From the NCBI GenBank assembly GCA_052426225.1, contig JBNJNM010000021.1:868001-932000 (forward strand): a stretch of 64,000 bases of DNA. The letters run 5' to 3'. The position numbers were made by a program, and so were the translations under genes. Positions 46,491 through 58,664 of this stretch are shown in pieces. This stretch comes from Zancudomyces culisetae HAW-14-8 (lineage: Eukaryota; Fungi; Kickxellomycota). How positions within the stretch are numbered: position 1 is the first letter of the stretch; every line of letters starts with the position of its first letter. The notes under the pieces are model-generated. The model was not told where the DNA came from, did not search any database, and saw only the letters and a list, made by a program, of their open reading frames with translations.

Positions 46491-48359
46491 TTTGCGTTAT
46501 TTTTGTCTTTTTTAACTACAATTTATCTTGTTATGTATACTTGAATACAATAAAAAATGATTTTCTTCTAGTAACAATAATCAATTTATTCTATTTTTTT
46601 TTACTACAAACAAGTTAGTATATGCATTAAGCTTTATTCACCATAAAACGATTGTACTTGACACAATTTAGTATCTACGAGTTTTTTTTTGAAGAATATC
46701 TAGCTATTTTTCCTTTTATTCAACTCTTATCCCCAAATAACACAATTAAGGCTACAACACTTATTGTGGTTGTTGATATTTTGTCAATATATATAATACC
46801 GCATTTATAGAAATATCGTATATGTGGTCGCTACGAATTCTTCGCCATTTTCCTAAAACAAAATACTAAATACAAAATAACTCATGCAAAAGAATGCGAG
46901 AATCATCATGCTTTGTGTAAATACCTACTAACGAGCAAAGTGTTTGACATGCTAGATTATTTTCATTAGCTTGTGTTATGAATTGGTAAGCAAATATGCA
47001 TGTATTGACAACTACAGCCGTAAAAACAACATGTACTATTTCCTTTTAAACCAAAAAAACGATAAACAACTGACACATATACACAAGGTCAACTCGACAT
47101 AGGTTTGAGTAATTGAAGCTAGTATTAGCCTTTCCAATAATGAGGAGGTGGCTCGGGTGTTTCCAAGCCGGGACAAAACGCTAAAATGTGATTTACAGTT
47201 GCATTCACTGATACATAAACTACAGTCAACTAAAATGCACAAGCATCGAATGTCTGGGTTTATTCCACGAGTTTGTTTAACATTGAAATACACAAATTAA
47301 AAGTGACATAACCTCAAGAACCCGCTTAATAGGCTACGACGTCCCAATTAAATGGTCTAATGTTATTCCATATATAATTGTTTAATATTGGAATTATTGC
47401 AAACTAGAAATGTAAATATATGATTTATTAATCTCTATATGCTACTTTTGTGTCTCAGCACCCAATAGGCTAGTGATAACTTTAATATTATAGTCCCGTA
47501 TATTTAAAATAATGTAACTCACTAGTGCACTAGTATTTCTGGTTTTCCACATTCTAATATCTTTTGTTTTTTTGTCCAAGGAAAGATACACATATTGAAG
47601 GGATATTGGTAGCAAAATAGGCTATTCTACATCTGTTTATGCCTCTAAATAGTTGCACACTAATATATATTGCAACCAATATTGACTCGAATTATTATCT
47701 CGAAAATAAAATTCTCGGTTATTTACTTCATCTCTTTTTTTCTAAACCTAAAGGTGCCACAAGTTCAATCATAAAAAACAACAGAAAGTAGTATTAATTA
47801 ATTCCAATAATAAACATGTCCAGTTCCACCGAGCACAAGTTAAATAGCTATTTATTGCTAGTCTTTTTTAATAACACACGACTTATATGAAGATTTTTCA
47901 ATTTCATAGGTATTAAGGTTCATTGCAGTTATTATTTACCATGGAATTTTCAGGGGTTACAGAAAACCGAGGTAGTTAAAACCCAGTTTCATCAAGCAGT
48001 TGTACTGATTTTATTTAATTGCGCTTGTATCAATTTCTGAAAGGATCCACCACAGACATAGAGAACTAATTCGTTAGATATGCGTTTTTCGAAATGTATT
48101 ATATTTTTAGTTTAAGATATGTTTAGCTAATAAATTGAAATACACTCAATTTTTGGGCAGTATGAAATGTGCTGACTCAAAAAATAATAATGGCTTAATA
48201 AACGTATCCAATTAGCACGAATTTTGAACGACTATAGCTTAGGCTATTTTCCCCATAGAATACACACTTCATTAATTAAAGCTTGTGTGCTATTTACCTG
48301 GCAAAGCCGTACAGCAATAAAAAAAAGTACAAATCATCTTACATTTGGTGTGCAAGACC

Positions 48360-48392
48360 GATTTGATTTGATTTGATTTGATTTGATGTGAT
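48360..48392. repeat. (GATTT)n pentanucleotide microsatellite
   Basis: gatttgatttgatttgatttgatttgatgtgat. Confidence 0.85.
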
Positions 48393-49119
48393 GACATTTC
48401 TTGTAAATGAAAATCATCAAATTTTCTTGCCAATTTCTCAATATTATCAAATCTCGACTAATTAAAAAGCAAGATAGTCCATAATAGTAAAGCGTATCAT
48501 TAAACAAAAACAAAATTTATATATATACTACCATCAAGTGATCGTTAGTTTTCAATATTCAATGTGGCAATTATTAACGCGGTTTTGTGCTGACTTTGGT
48601 AATAGCCAGTCGGATGAAAAAAAAATAGCTTAACATTTTCAAATTAATAACTGTGAGAGTAGGCTTACATTTTGCAGTGATTTTTGATCAGTTGTAATGA
48701 ATAACTAAACTTCCTGCTTCAACTCAAAGCATTCAATAATTATGGGAGAAAAATAAAATGGTGGGAAAAGATAACGGTTCTACAAAATATAATCGATGAG
48801 TGGGTATATTTAATATTTACTTTTATAACTATATAATTCAATTACCGGATAAAACTAATTAATGAGGATAAAGTAAACACTAACTAAAACATCCATTATT
48901 TACGAATTACTGTATGATTCTTCATTCAATTAAAGTATTCGAAAGCAAGATTAAAAAACAAGATAAAAAGCTCAACATAGGAGTAATGAGAATGCATACA
49001 TTCACATAAAATAGATATAAAATGTACTGAAAAGGTCCAATTTGCTACAAGAATCCGTCCTAATAAAAACGCAACATTTCTTTCCTTTCTAACCTTCTTT
49101 AAAAAACCAATAATTTATA

Positions 49120-52100
49120 ATGAAGATAAGCACACTATACAGTGCTTTATACGCCACAGTCCTTACTTCTTCAGTGTTGGCTGGAGAGGTACAGGGAAAA
49201 AGAGCAGTTCGTAACATTGAAAAACTCCACAAGAGAGAAGCAGCCAGGCTATTGCGCAGACAAGCCGCTGTGCAAACTATAACTATTCCTGGTTTTACAG
49301 CTGACGGTGTAACTGTTTCTGGCACCACAATTCCTGAATCTACAATTCCCGCCACCACAATTCCTGAATCAACAATCCCTGGAACTACATCACCAGATGT
49401 TACAATTCCCGGAACTACAAAGCCTGAATCCACTATCCCCGCAACCACAATCCCAGCAACAACTATTCCTGGAACCACATCACCAGACGTTACAATACCT
49501 GAAACTATAACACCTGACTCCACAATTCCTGGAACTACAATCCCAGCAACAACTATTCCTGGAACCACGTCACCAGACGTTACAATACCTGAAACTATAA
49601 CACCTGACTCCACAATTCCTGGAACTACATCTCCTGACGTTACAATCCCTGAAACTATAACACCTGACTCCACAATTCCTGGAACTACAGTTGCTGGCAC
49701 TACAATTCCCGGAGTTACAATTGACGATATTATAGTTCCTGGAACCACAATTGAACAAATTGTGATCCCTGGACTTACAGTTGATCCGATCACAGTTCCA
49801 GGAACTACTATTCGTCCAAGAACAGTTTTGGGAGTTGTTATACCTGGAATTACAACCACAGGGTATGTAATACCTGGTACCACAAGAGATCCTGTTACAA
49901 CACCTGGAATCACGTTTGCAGGTTCAGTAATACCTGGAACTACTATAGAACCAAGCACGATAACCGGAACTACTGTACCCGAGGTCATAATACCTGGAAC
50001 CACAATACCCGAAAGTGTAATACCTGGAACCACAATACCTGAGCGTGTAATACCTGGAACCACAATATTCGAAACTATAATACCTGGAACCACAGTACCC
50101 GAAAGTATAGTACCTGAGACCATAATACCTGAAAGCATAGTACCTGGAACCACGATACCCGAAACTGTAATAACTGGAACCACAGTAGAAGAAAGTGTAG
50201 TACCTGAGACCATAATACCTGAAAGCATAGTACCTGGAACCACAGTAGATGAGATCATAGTGTCTGGAACCACAATACCCGAAAGCGTAGTGCCTGCAAC
50301 AACAATACCTGAAAGCATAGTACCTGGAACTACAATCCCGGGGGATATAGTAACTGGAATCACAATTGCTCCAAGTACATACACAGTGACTGGTCCAACT
50401 ACGATTCCAGGATTGACAATCTCAGGTGTCGTCACAATCAACGGTTTTACATCTACAGATTCTTCAGTACCAACCACGCCTTCAGGCTTGACTTTAGGTC
50501 AATTCTTGGCTGCATTGAATCGTCTTGGAGTACCAGGAGTACCATCTTTGGACGAACTCAGTGCTTTGCTTGGTGTTTCTCTATCAGCTGATATGTCAAT
50601 TGCTGATTTCTTGGATGTACTTGCTCAATTGGGTTTGGATTTGATTCCAGCTGAAATCCTTGAATGGCTCCAAAATCCAGCAGCCCATCTACGTGAATTG
50701 ATTGAATTTATCATTGAATGGCTTAGAAGAATACGCGATCACCACAGACCAACTACAACACCTACACAAACCTCAGCCGAAACCACAACCGAAACCACAT
50801 CCGAAACCACATCCGAAACTACATCCGAAACTACATCCGAAACCACATCCGAAACCACATCCGAAACCACATCCGAAACCACATCCGAAACCACAGCTGA
50901 TACCACAGGCTATCCAACTGTTGCACCAACCACTGGATACCCAACTGTCGTACCAACCACAGGCTACCCAACTGTCGTTCCAACCACTGGATACCCAACT
51001 GTCGTTCCAACCACTGGATACCCAACTGTCGTACCAACCACAGGCTACCCAACCGTCGCTCCAACCGTCGCTCCAACCACTGGCTACCCAACTGTCGCTC
51101 CAACCACCGGATACCCAACTGTCGTACCAACCACAGGCTATCCAACTGTCGCTCCAACCACTGGATACCCAACCATCGCTCCAACCTACACTAGCAACCC
51201 AATCACCACCTATATTCCATGTGTCCCAACCACTACCACCTCAACTGCATATCCAACTGCCCCAACTACCATCACTACCACTGTTACAGTTCCAGGATGC
51301 CACTACTGCACTGTTGTGACAACCATCACTGTTACTCCAAACACCACAGGAACCCCAGGTTGTGAAACTGAACCAGTAACCGTAACTGTTACTCCAAGTA
51401 CTCCAGGATGTACTTACTGTACCGTTCCAAGCACCATTACCTACACACCTAGCCCAACAACTGCAACTGTGACTGTATACCCTACCGCACCAACCACCAT
51501 TACAATCACCCCAAGCACTCCAGGATGTACTTACTGCACTGTACCAACCACCATTACTTATACTCCAGTCCCAACTACAACCACCTACACTTCTGGCCCA
51601 ACAGTAGTAACCACAACAGTATATCCTACCAGCTCAATCACAATCACTGTCTATCCACCAGCACCACCAACCGTTGCTCCAACCACTGGATATCCAACTG
51701 TTGCACCAACCACCTCAACTGGGTACGCTACCGTCACTGTAACCGACTCAACCACCAGCTACACAACTGTTGTACCAACCACCGTGTACCCAACTGTCGT
51801 ACCAACCACCGTATACCCAACTGTTGCACCAACATCAGGATGTGTCTGCCCAGTTGCTCCTAAGCCATCAAACTGTATTCCAGTTACTCAATACTTACCA
51901 ACTGTCACCGTTACGCCAACCGTCACAGTCACAGCCAGCTGTGAGGTAGTTACATACTATCCAACCACAAGCGCTGCTTCTTCATCCACATCCACATCCA
52001 CATCCACCCAAATCTCCACTGTCACCGTAACATCATCACAAACCGCCTACCCAACCACTACAACTACAGCTACTACATCAGGTTACCCACAGCCATCCTC

Positions 52101-52167
52101 ATCTGATAGCGAGACGTGTGTCACCATCCCCGTGGTAACCACGGTTGTTGTTACCAAGGTGTACTAA
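49120..52167 (+). CDS. Secreted Thr/Pro-rich modular repeat protein (adhesin/mucin/structural-like), 1015 aa
   Basis: Signal peptide MKISTLYSALYATVLTSSVLA; dibasic sites; long [GEAD]-[TSV]-[TIV]-[IV]-P pentapeptide array; helical insert; ETTS repeats; PTTGYPTV[VA] repeats; PGC[TH]YCTV x3. Confidence 0.88.
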   Translation: MKISTLYSALYATVLTSSVLAGEVQGKRAVRNIEKLHKREAARLLRRQAAVQTITIPGFTADGVTVSGTTIPESTIPATTIPESTIPGTTSPDVTIPGTTKPESTIPATTIPATTIPGTTSPDVTIPETITPDSTIPGTTIPATTIPGTTSPDVTIPETITPDSTIPGTTSPDVTIPETITPDSTIPGTTVAGTTIPGVTIDDIIVPGTTIEQIVIPGLTVDPITVPGTTIRPRTVLGVVIPGITTTGYVIPGTTRDPVTTPGITFAGSVIPGTTIEPSTITGTTVPEVIIPGTTIPESVIPGTTIPERVIPGTTIFETIIPGTTVPESIVPETIIPESIVPGTTIPETVITGTTVEESVVPETIIPESIVPGTTVDEIIVSGTTIPESVVPATTIPESIVPGTTIPGDIVTGITIAPSTYTVTGPTTIPGLTISGVVTINGFTSTDSSVPTTPSGLTLGQFLAALNRLGVPGVPSLDELSALLGVSLSADMSIADFLDVLAQLGLDLIPAEILEWLQNPAAHLRELIEFIIEWLRRIRDHHRPTTTPTQTSAETTTETTSETTSETTSETTSETTSETTSETTSETTSETTADTTGYPTVAPTTGYPTVVPTTGYPTVVPTTGYPTVVPTTGYPTVVPTTGYPTVAPTVAPTTGYPTVAPTTGYPTVVPTTGYPTVAPTTGYPTIAPTYTSNPITTYIPCVPTTTTSTAYPTAPTTITTTVTVPGCHYCTVVTTITVTPNTTGTPGCETEPVTVTVTPSTPGCTYCTVPSTITYTPSPTTATVTVYPTAPTTITITPSTPGCTYCTVPTTITYTPVPTTTTYTSGPTVVTTTVYPTSSITITVYPPAPPTVAPTTGYPTVAPTTSTGYATVTVTDSTTSYTTVVPTTVYPTVVPTTVYPTVAPTSGCVCPVAPKPSNCIPVTQYLPTVTVTPTVTVTASCEVVTYYPTTSAASSSTSTSTSTQISTVTVTSSQTAYPTTTTTATTSGYPQPSSSDSETCVTIPVVTTVVVTKVY

Positions 52168-52800
52168 TTTGGAATTTTTTTCATAGTTTATCATTTTATA
52201 CTTTTTTTTTACCATTGTAATTGGTGGCTCAGTTTTCTTGATCGAGTTGAGATAAATAAACATTTTTTTTCTGGGATATGAGAGTGGAAAAATAGTTATA
52301 CCAAGAAAGTATCTTTGTTTTTAGCTCTTTAGTTGGGTATATATTCTACTTGAATACGCAGTTAGATATATGTTGATTTATAAATACAGGCAAAGTCAAC
52401 ATTTCAACATTCACTCAAATATAAAAGACTGTTTTGCATAATTGAACAACTCTGGGGATTTGGAAATGAATGGGAATTTAGTGTAAGTAGTGTCTTTACC
52501 TAGAACACGCGCCTGGTGAATGGAGTCTCTAAAAGAATGTGAAGATCGATTGGTTAACCATGTACTGTATGTAATTTTTTTGAAGCGCTTTATGTGATAT
52601 TTATTAATTTATGCTAAAAAAAATAAATGATTAGTAACCATATTTAGATTTGTTCTAGTAAATAAATGGCTGCATATATTTTTTTCGGTGTTGTTCTAAC
52701 ATTGCTCTTGGCGATTTAATTAATGAATAGTTTAATAGGCTAGAATAATCCAGCCATATAAATGGAATGCTCACAAGGATAATTTTCGAACGCCATTAAG

Positions 52801-52807
52801 TATAAAA
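52801..52807 (+). promoter_or_regulatory. Putative TATA box of catalase
   Basis: TATAAAA about 135 nt upstream of ATG 52937. Confidence 0.45.
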
Positions 52808-52936
52808 GGACTGCAGTCCCGACACTGAATATATTTTTATTGTACATTCTCGCTACAAGAAATCCATATCAGTAAGATATATTTGAAGTAACCAAGCATA
52901 TCACTACCAAAGCTAAAAAAAGCAAAAAAAGAAAGT

Positions 52937-54580
52937 ATGGTTTATCAACATCCAAGTGACGCTCCAGAAACAGCAAACCAAGGAGTTTTGACTACCAGCA
53001 ATGGAAACCCAGTCAAATCTAACCAGAACTCCACCACTGCCGGACCAATGGGTCCAGTGTAAGTTGTTATTATTGCGCGTACATATTTTTAGCTGGTATA
53101 TTGATATCATCCCCCACTATCTTCAGATATACATATATCCCCTACTTTTCTAAACCACCAGAAAAGAATAAAAAAGACTAACACACCGTACAATATAATA
53201 CAAAAAATTAGACTTATCCAGGATTTCCATTTAATCGACAAACTCGCTCACTTTGATCGTGAGAGAATTCCAGAGCGTGTTGTTCATGCCAAGGGCGCAG
53301 GTGCACATGGTTATTTCGAGGTTACCCATGATATCACCAAATACACTGATGCCAAGTTCTTGAACAAGATTGGAAAGAGAACACCGGTATTCACTAGATT
53401 TTCAACCGTTGGTGGTGAAGCAGGTTCTGCAGATACTGCTCGTGATCCAAGAGGCTTTGCTGTCAAATTCTATACCGAAGAAGGTAACTGGGATATGGTT
53501 GGAAACAACACACCAGTCTTTTTTATTAGAGATGCAGTGAAGTTCCCTGATTTTATTCACACCCAAAAGAGAAACCCACAAACACACTTGCCAGATATGG
53601 ATATGTTCTGGGACTTTTTGTCACTTGTACCAGAATCAGTTCACCAACTCACAATTCTCATGTCAGACCGTGGTATTCCCGACGGCTACAGACACATGAA
53701 CGGTTACTCTGGACACACCCTTTCTCTTGTAAAGAACGATGGTTCATATGTCTGGGCAAAATGGCACTTTAAAACCGACCAAGGTATCAAGTGTTTCCAT
53801 GCCCCAGAGGCCACAAAGCTTGCCGGAGAAGATCCTAACTATGCAACAAGGGATCTCTTCAATGCCATCGAGAGAGGCGACCACCCATCCTGGTCTGTGT
53901 ATGTTCAAATTGTAAAACCAGAGGACGTAGAAAAGCTGGATTTCGATCTATTTGACATCACCAAGGTTCTTCCACACAAGGACTTCCCACTCATCCCAGT
54001 AGGAAAAATGGTCTTGAACCGTAACCCAGAAAATTACTTTGCAGAAGTCGAGCAATCTGCCTTTTCACCATCCCACATGGTTCCAGGTATCTCCGTCTCA
54101 CCAGATCGTATGTTGCAAGGCCGTTTGTTCTCATACCCAGATACCCACAGACACCGCCTGGGTGTAAACTACACTCAAATACCAATCAACTCACCATTGA
54201 GCGCATCCAATCATCAACGTGACGGTTACATGACCGTAAACGGAAATGGAGGTAAGCTTCCAAACTATGAACCAAACAGTTTTGGAGGACCTTACCAAAA
54301 CAACCTCAGCGGAGCCACATTCCCTGAGGCCGTCTCTGTGTCTGGAATCATCGGTAGCCACCCATATGTACTTTCAGATGTTGACTTCAGACAAGCTTGT
54401 TCACTCTACAACTTGATGAACGAAGGAGAAAAGAACCGTCTTGCTAGTAACATTGCTGACGGACTCCACCAAGCTAAGCTCTTTATTCAAAAACGCCAGG
54501 TGGCCATTTTCAGGCGTGTGGACTCTGATTATGGGTTAAGAGTAGAAAATGAGCTTAAAAAGAGGGGATCCAGCATTTGA
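52937..54580 (+). CDS. Small-subunit monofunctional heme catalase; exons 52937-53058 and 53212-54580
   Basis: [26 protein letters not shown] (distal His), [26 protein letters not shown] (proximal Tyr); GTAAGT...ACTAAC...TAG intron. Confidence 0.96.
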
Positions 54581-55267
54581 ACCTAAATAATGTGATTCCA
54601 AATTTAGCTTTAGTTTGATTCCACCAGTGTTAGCCTTTTTTCCGCTAAAATAAAAATGAAAACAAAAAAACTACAAATTAAAGCAATTTCAAACCAATTC
54701 TTAAACGAAAGCATGAGGTACTGCCAGTAATATCTATTCATAGTGTACCTGACTTGATGTAACCCAGGAAGGCCAACTGGCTAGCTGTTGCTCATGCAAA
54801 GGAAAACCTCCCGTGGTTAGCATTAAGTTTAGCTTGATCTGCTGTAGATAGTTCAGATTTATCTCCCCTCACGAGAATTGGTTCCATGCGCCTGACATAT
54901 TTCTGGTTAGATAATGAGTAATATGCTTTTTATTGCCACTGACTTTACGATCTATTAATTTATTTTCCTGTTTTTAGCAAAGCTTTGAATTGCCAATTGC
55001 TAAACAAAAGAGGAAAAAGTGACAGAAAAAGACACCTAATCATAGTAGTAGGCTATAATTATTGGCTGATCCCAATCTGGGTTTGTATGTGACTAAATAA
55101 CAACTAACTATATTTTGAATTCTAATTCGACAATGATGGCATTGGAGAGAAGTATATTTATCAACAGCAAGGGGTTTTTTTTCTTTGCACTAACTTTACC
55201 AGAAATGTGCGGTGTAAAAAATGTCAGCATACGTAATAAAAAACAAAATGTGTAAAGTTGCAATAAG

Positions 55268-55281
55268 TGGGGGGGGGGGGG
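55268..55281. repeat. Poly-G homopolymer
   Basis: ggggggggggggg. Confidence 0.85.
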
Positions 55282-55665
55282 AAACTGTTGTTTAATGGCT
55301 CATTATGAGAATTGAGGTAGATGAAAAAAACTAGGTAAATCGGCAATTCAGCAATTTTACTATGGATTGGCGCAAATCAAATTAAAGAAACACCAACTCC
55401 AATTTCGTAAAACAAGAGAAATATGAACAAAACCAAGCAAAAAAAAAAATTTATTCCATTGATTGAGCTTAATGACATACTCTCCCTTCCATTTACTCAA
55501 CTTTCATCACAATAAACAACAGAAAGGTTAAAGCAGCCAACTAGCAACACCAGTAGTTGTATATAAAGACTAAAAAGAAATATAGAAATACTCTTACGGT
55601 ACTGGTATTTCAAAAAACAAAAACAAAATAGAGAATCAATTACAATTAACAGCTCAGAATTAAAG

Positions 55666-56840
55666 ATGGTGGAAAAGGGTGTATCGTGCCTAAGAGGCAT
55701 TCTGCGAGAAATAATAAAAGGAAAAGAACACTTGACCCCAGAGGTCGCGACAGAGGGTCTCACAAGAATAATGAATGGGCAAGGTACTGAGGCACAAAAG
55801 GGCGCCTTTTTGGTGGCTCTTCGGCTGTACGGTGCCGACAAGAACGCAGAAATAGTCTCAGAATTGGCGAGGGAAATGTACAGAGAGGCTATTGTACCTA
55901 ATTTTTCTTTTGACAGAACTAAGCCAGAAGGATATATCGCAGACTTAGTCGGCACAGGGGGCGATGGGTGGGATACATTCAATGTATCAACAACTGCATC
56001 GTTGGTCGCAGCAGGTGCTGGACTAAAAATAACAAAACACGGCAGTAGAGCATCCTCTTCCAAGTGTGGGTCGGCCGATGTGCTTGAGTACATAGGCTGC
56101 AATCTTTCAAAAATAGACAATACCAATGTATCCCAAATACTTGAAAAGACAAACTTTTGTTTTATTTTCGCAAGTACTTTTCACCCATCAATGCGTTTCT
56201 TGGCAAAGGCACGCTATGAGATTGGATTCCCTACACCATTCAACATGCTGGGCCCACTTACAAATCCAAGCATGCCAGATACTGGCATAGTTGGAGTTTA
56301 TTCACGCGGAGTGGGTCGGGTTATGGCTGAATCACTGGTGAAACTTGGAAAGAGGAATTTTTGGGTGGTTTGTGGTGAAAACGAAATGGATGAGGTAATT
56401 GGACTTGCTAATACTTTTAATTAGTTGATGAACTATTTATTGTCACAGCTCTAACAAAATTTTCATATGAACAAAAATAGATTAATATTAGCGGCAAAAC
56501 TTATGTTTGGAAGATCGACAAGGATGGTGCAATTTTAGAGGATGAGATCGAACCAAAGGATTTTGGACTAGAAGCATACCCCATGGATCTGGTAAGGGGT
56601 GGCACGCTTGAAGGAAACGCCGAGTTGTTGAAGGATCTTCTCAATGGCGCGAATACTACTGAGCGCGAAAAAGCCTCCAGAAACTTTGTAATCATAAATG
56701 CAGCAGCCCTGCTGTATGTCTCGGGGAGGGCAAGCTCCTACTTGGAGGCCACAAAAATTGCAACAGAAAGCATAGATAGCGGAAAAGCTATGAACTGCCT
56801 TACTAGCTTTATGAAAGCAATAGATGAGCTTAGCCCATAG
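55666..56840 (+). CDS. TRP4: Anthranilate phosphoribosyltransferase; exons 55666-56394 and 56481-56840
   Basis: DLVGTGGDGWDTFNVSTTA, KHGSRASSSKCGSADVLE, FNMLGPLTNP, MDE|I, INAAALL; GTAATT...CTAAC...TAG intron. Confidence 0.94.
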
Positions 56841-56901
56841 AACTATGTAGTATTCTTTGTGGTCTAGCAAGTCAGATGGTCGTGCTGTTTTTTTGGTGAT
56901 G

Positions 56902-57680
56902 TTAAATATGCATCCTTACATGGTCCTTCAAGCTTATTTGTATGCTTATAGAGTTTGCTTTTCTTTTCTTAATAGTAGGAGGTGTGTTGGTCTATTTTGT
57001 ACCGATTATCATTAGCTATGTTGTTCACAAAATAAAATATCCAGAATAAGCTTTTCTAACAGTATCTAGCAATTGAATGAATAGTTACATCTTTTTCGGA
57101 CAAATGTTCGTCATACAAATCCACAGAGCGTTTGAGAGTTTTGGTGTTTACTTGCCCTTGTAACTGCTCACTGATTTTTGTTGATACCACCAGGGCTACA
57201 CTAATCGCAGCCCCCATCGCATTAATTATGATACATGGTTGCCTAGGTAGTAAAAGTTTTACATTAGAGTATGTCATATCAATTGTTGAAACACATAAAG
57301 AAATAAAGCAAGTTTATCAAACCATTCAATAAATTTCAAAGCCAAGACAAAGGATATAATAATAATATAGAGTGAATGTATAAATCTAAAAACGAGCCGA
57401 ACTCTTACTTTTGGTTTAACAAGAGATGCTTGGCTCGTTTGATATAAGCATATATTTTCCTTTTGTTGTTGGTTATAAAAATTTCGTTTTTAGCGGATAT
57501 AGGATTGTTTGGTTTTAGTCGTTTTATCATAACTAATGTATACACGAATCGGAATCAAAAAATTAAAATTAAAAACAATCAAATGCTTGACTTTAACTTT
57601 ATGGAATAAAAAGAGATTCTAGACTGTCAAAGAAAAAGCTTTTGCGGTTTTTACCTACCTTGTTTTTCCGAGCAACCCAT
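56902..57680 (-). CDS. POP7: RNase P/MRP subunit Pop7/Rpp20 (Alba-like), 4 predicted exons
   Basis: Spliced reading MGCSEKQ|VMIKRLKPNNPISAKNEIFIT...AYIKRAKHLLLNQK|QPCIIINAMGAAISVAL...SVDLYDE..KD|TNTPPTIKKRKANSISIQI..* follows the Rpp20 pattern. Start could be ATG 57695. Confidence 0.75.
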
Positions 57681-57967
57681 TCTTAATGCAGTCATAAATT
57701 TTTTTCTTGTGTGTGGGACAATATTAGGAATCTACCTGAATTCAATACTTTATAGAAGTTTGTTTTTGCAAATTTAATGTAATATAATATTTACCCATCC
57801 AGATCTCGCCTGAAAAAAAAACAAGGTTAAAAAAATAAAAACTTTGTTGATTTACATATATTTTTGTTTTATACTGATGAAAATCTTATTAATCAAGGAA
57901 ATACTACAAGATAGCCTATAAAAAAAAATAGGCACTATATTCTACAAAAGAGAGAAAAAAGAATACT

Positions 57968-58391
57968 TCAGTACATCCTATCTAGTTGACTGTTGGCAAG
58001 TTTAAACGTATTATCTTTATATTTGAGGTCATGAACTGAAATGGGACGTTTGTTAAGATAGCTTTTTACTTTGTCCACCGACCTTTGTTCAGAATATAGT
58101 AAATTTACAATCCCAGTACGTTCTCTGGTAAGTGGATCCTAAAAAAACACAAAAAAAGTTGAGAATAAGTACTTTGTATAAACCCAGATAAAAAATAAAG
58201 CCAAGCGTGAAAGCTTGTGGTATAAACCAAATGTCAATAATTCTCGGATTATGAGTATGGGGTTCACTTACTTTTATAAAGAACATTCCGGTAATTTTGC
58301 CGAATCTTGAAAAGAAATCGTAGAATTTACTGACCTCTGTATAGTTGGGGAGCACTTTTTTATTGAATGCTAGAGTTATCGTCCTATTCAT
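57968..58391 (-). CDS. Small (about 96 aa) RRM-like protein; exons 58272-58391 and 57968-58138
   Basis: FYDFFSRFGKITGMFFIK|DPLTRERTGIVNLLY resembles the RRM F..FG.I...(K)D..T...G pattern; phase-0 GTAAGT...TTTAG intron. Confidence 0.6.
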
Positions 58392-58664
58392 ATTTCTGTA
58401 CGTGGTATACTCACAGTCAAAGTTTATTACTGATATATTTAATTATCTATGGGAGAAATGTATTTGGTTTACTATGGCCTGGTTTGGATCATTGGAAGAA
58501 AAAGTTTTTATTTTTTTTATTAGATTTTTTGATTTATTTATACAATTAATACTTTGATCATTTAAGCAAAATAGTAGGGCAATAACAGAAAGTACATTGA
58601 AACCGAGTGACAATCAACACAATCAGACCAATTAAATACACACCAAATATATCTAGAGCATTAA

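Noticed and set aside
47036-47293. Short ORF with faint hAT-like TR..S.LLERL word
   Set aside because: Lacks the conserved Trp and any other transposase feature.
49089-50477. 462-aa antisense ORF over the repeat protein
   Set aside because: Mirror of the repetitive Thr/Ile/Pro codons. The sense strand has the ATG, signal peptide and TATA-like element.
50770-51180. Tandem 12-nt and 27-nt repeats as a CRISPR-like array
   Set aside because: No unique spacers; they are in-frame coding repeats in a eukaryotic gene.
54712-54753. SECIS-like element (ATGA-GGTAC...AA...GTACC-TGAC)
   Set aside because: The core is out of register, helix II is only about 5 bp, and the upstream catalase has no in-frame TGA. 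I found no convincing selenoprotein in the window.
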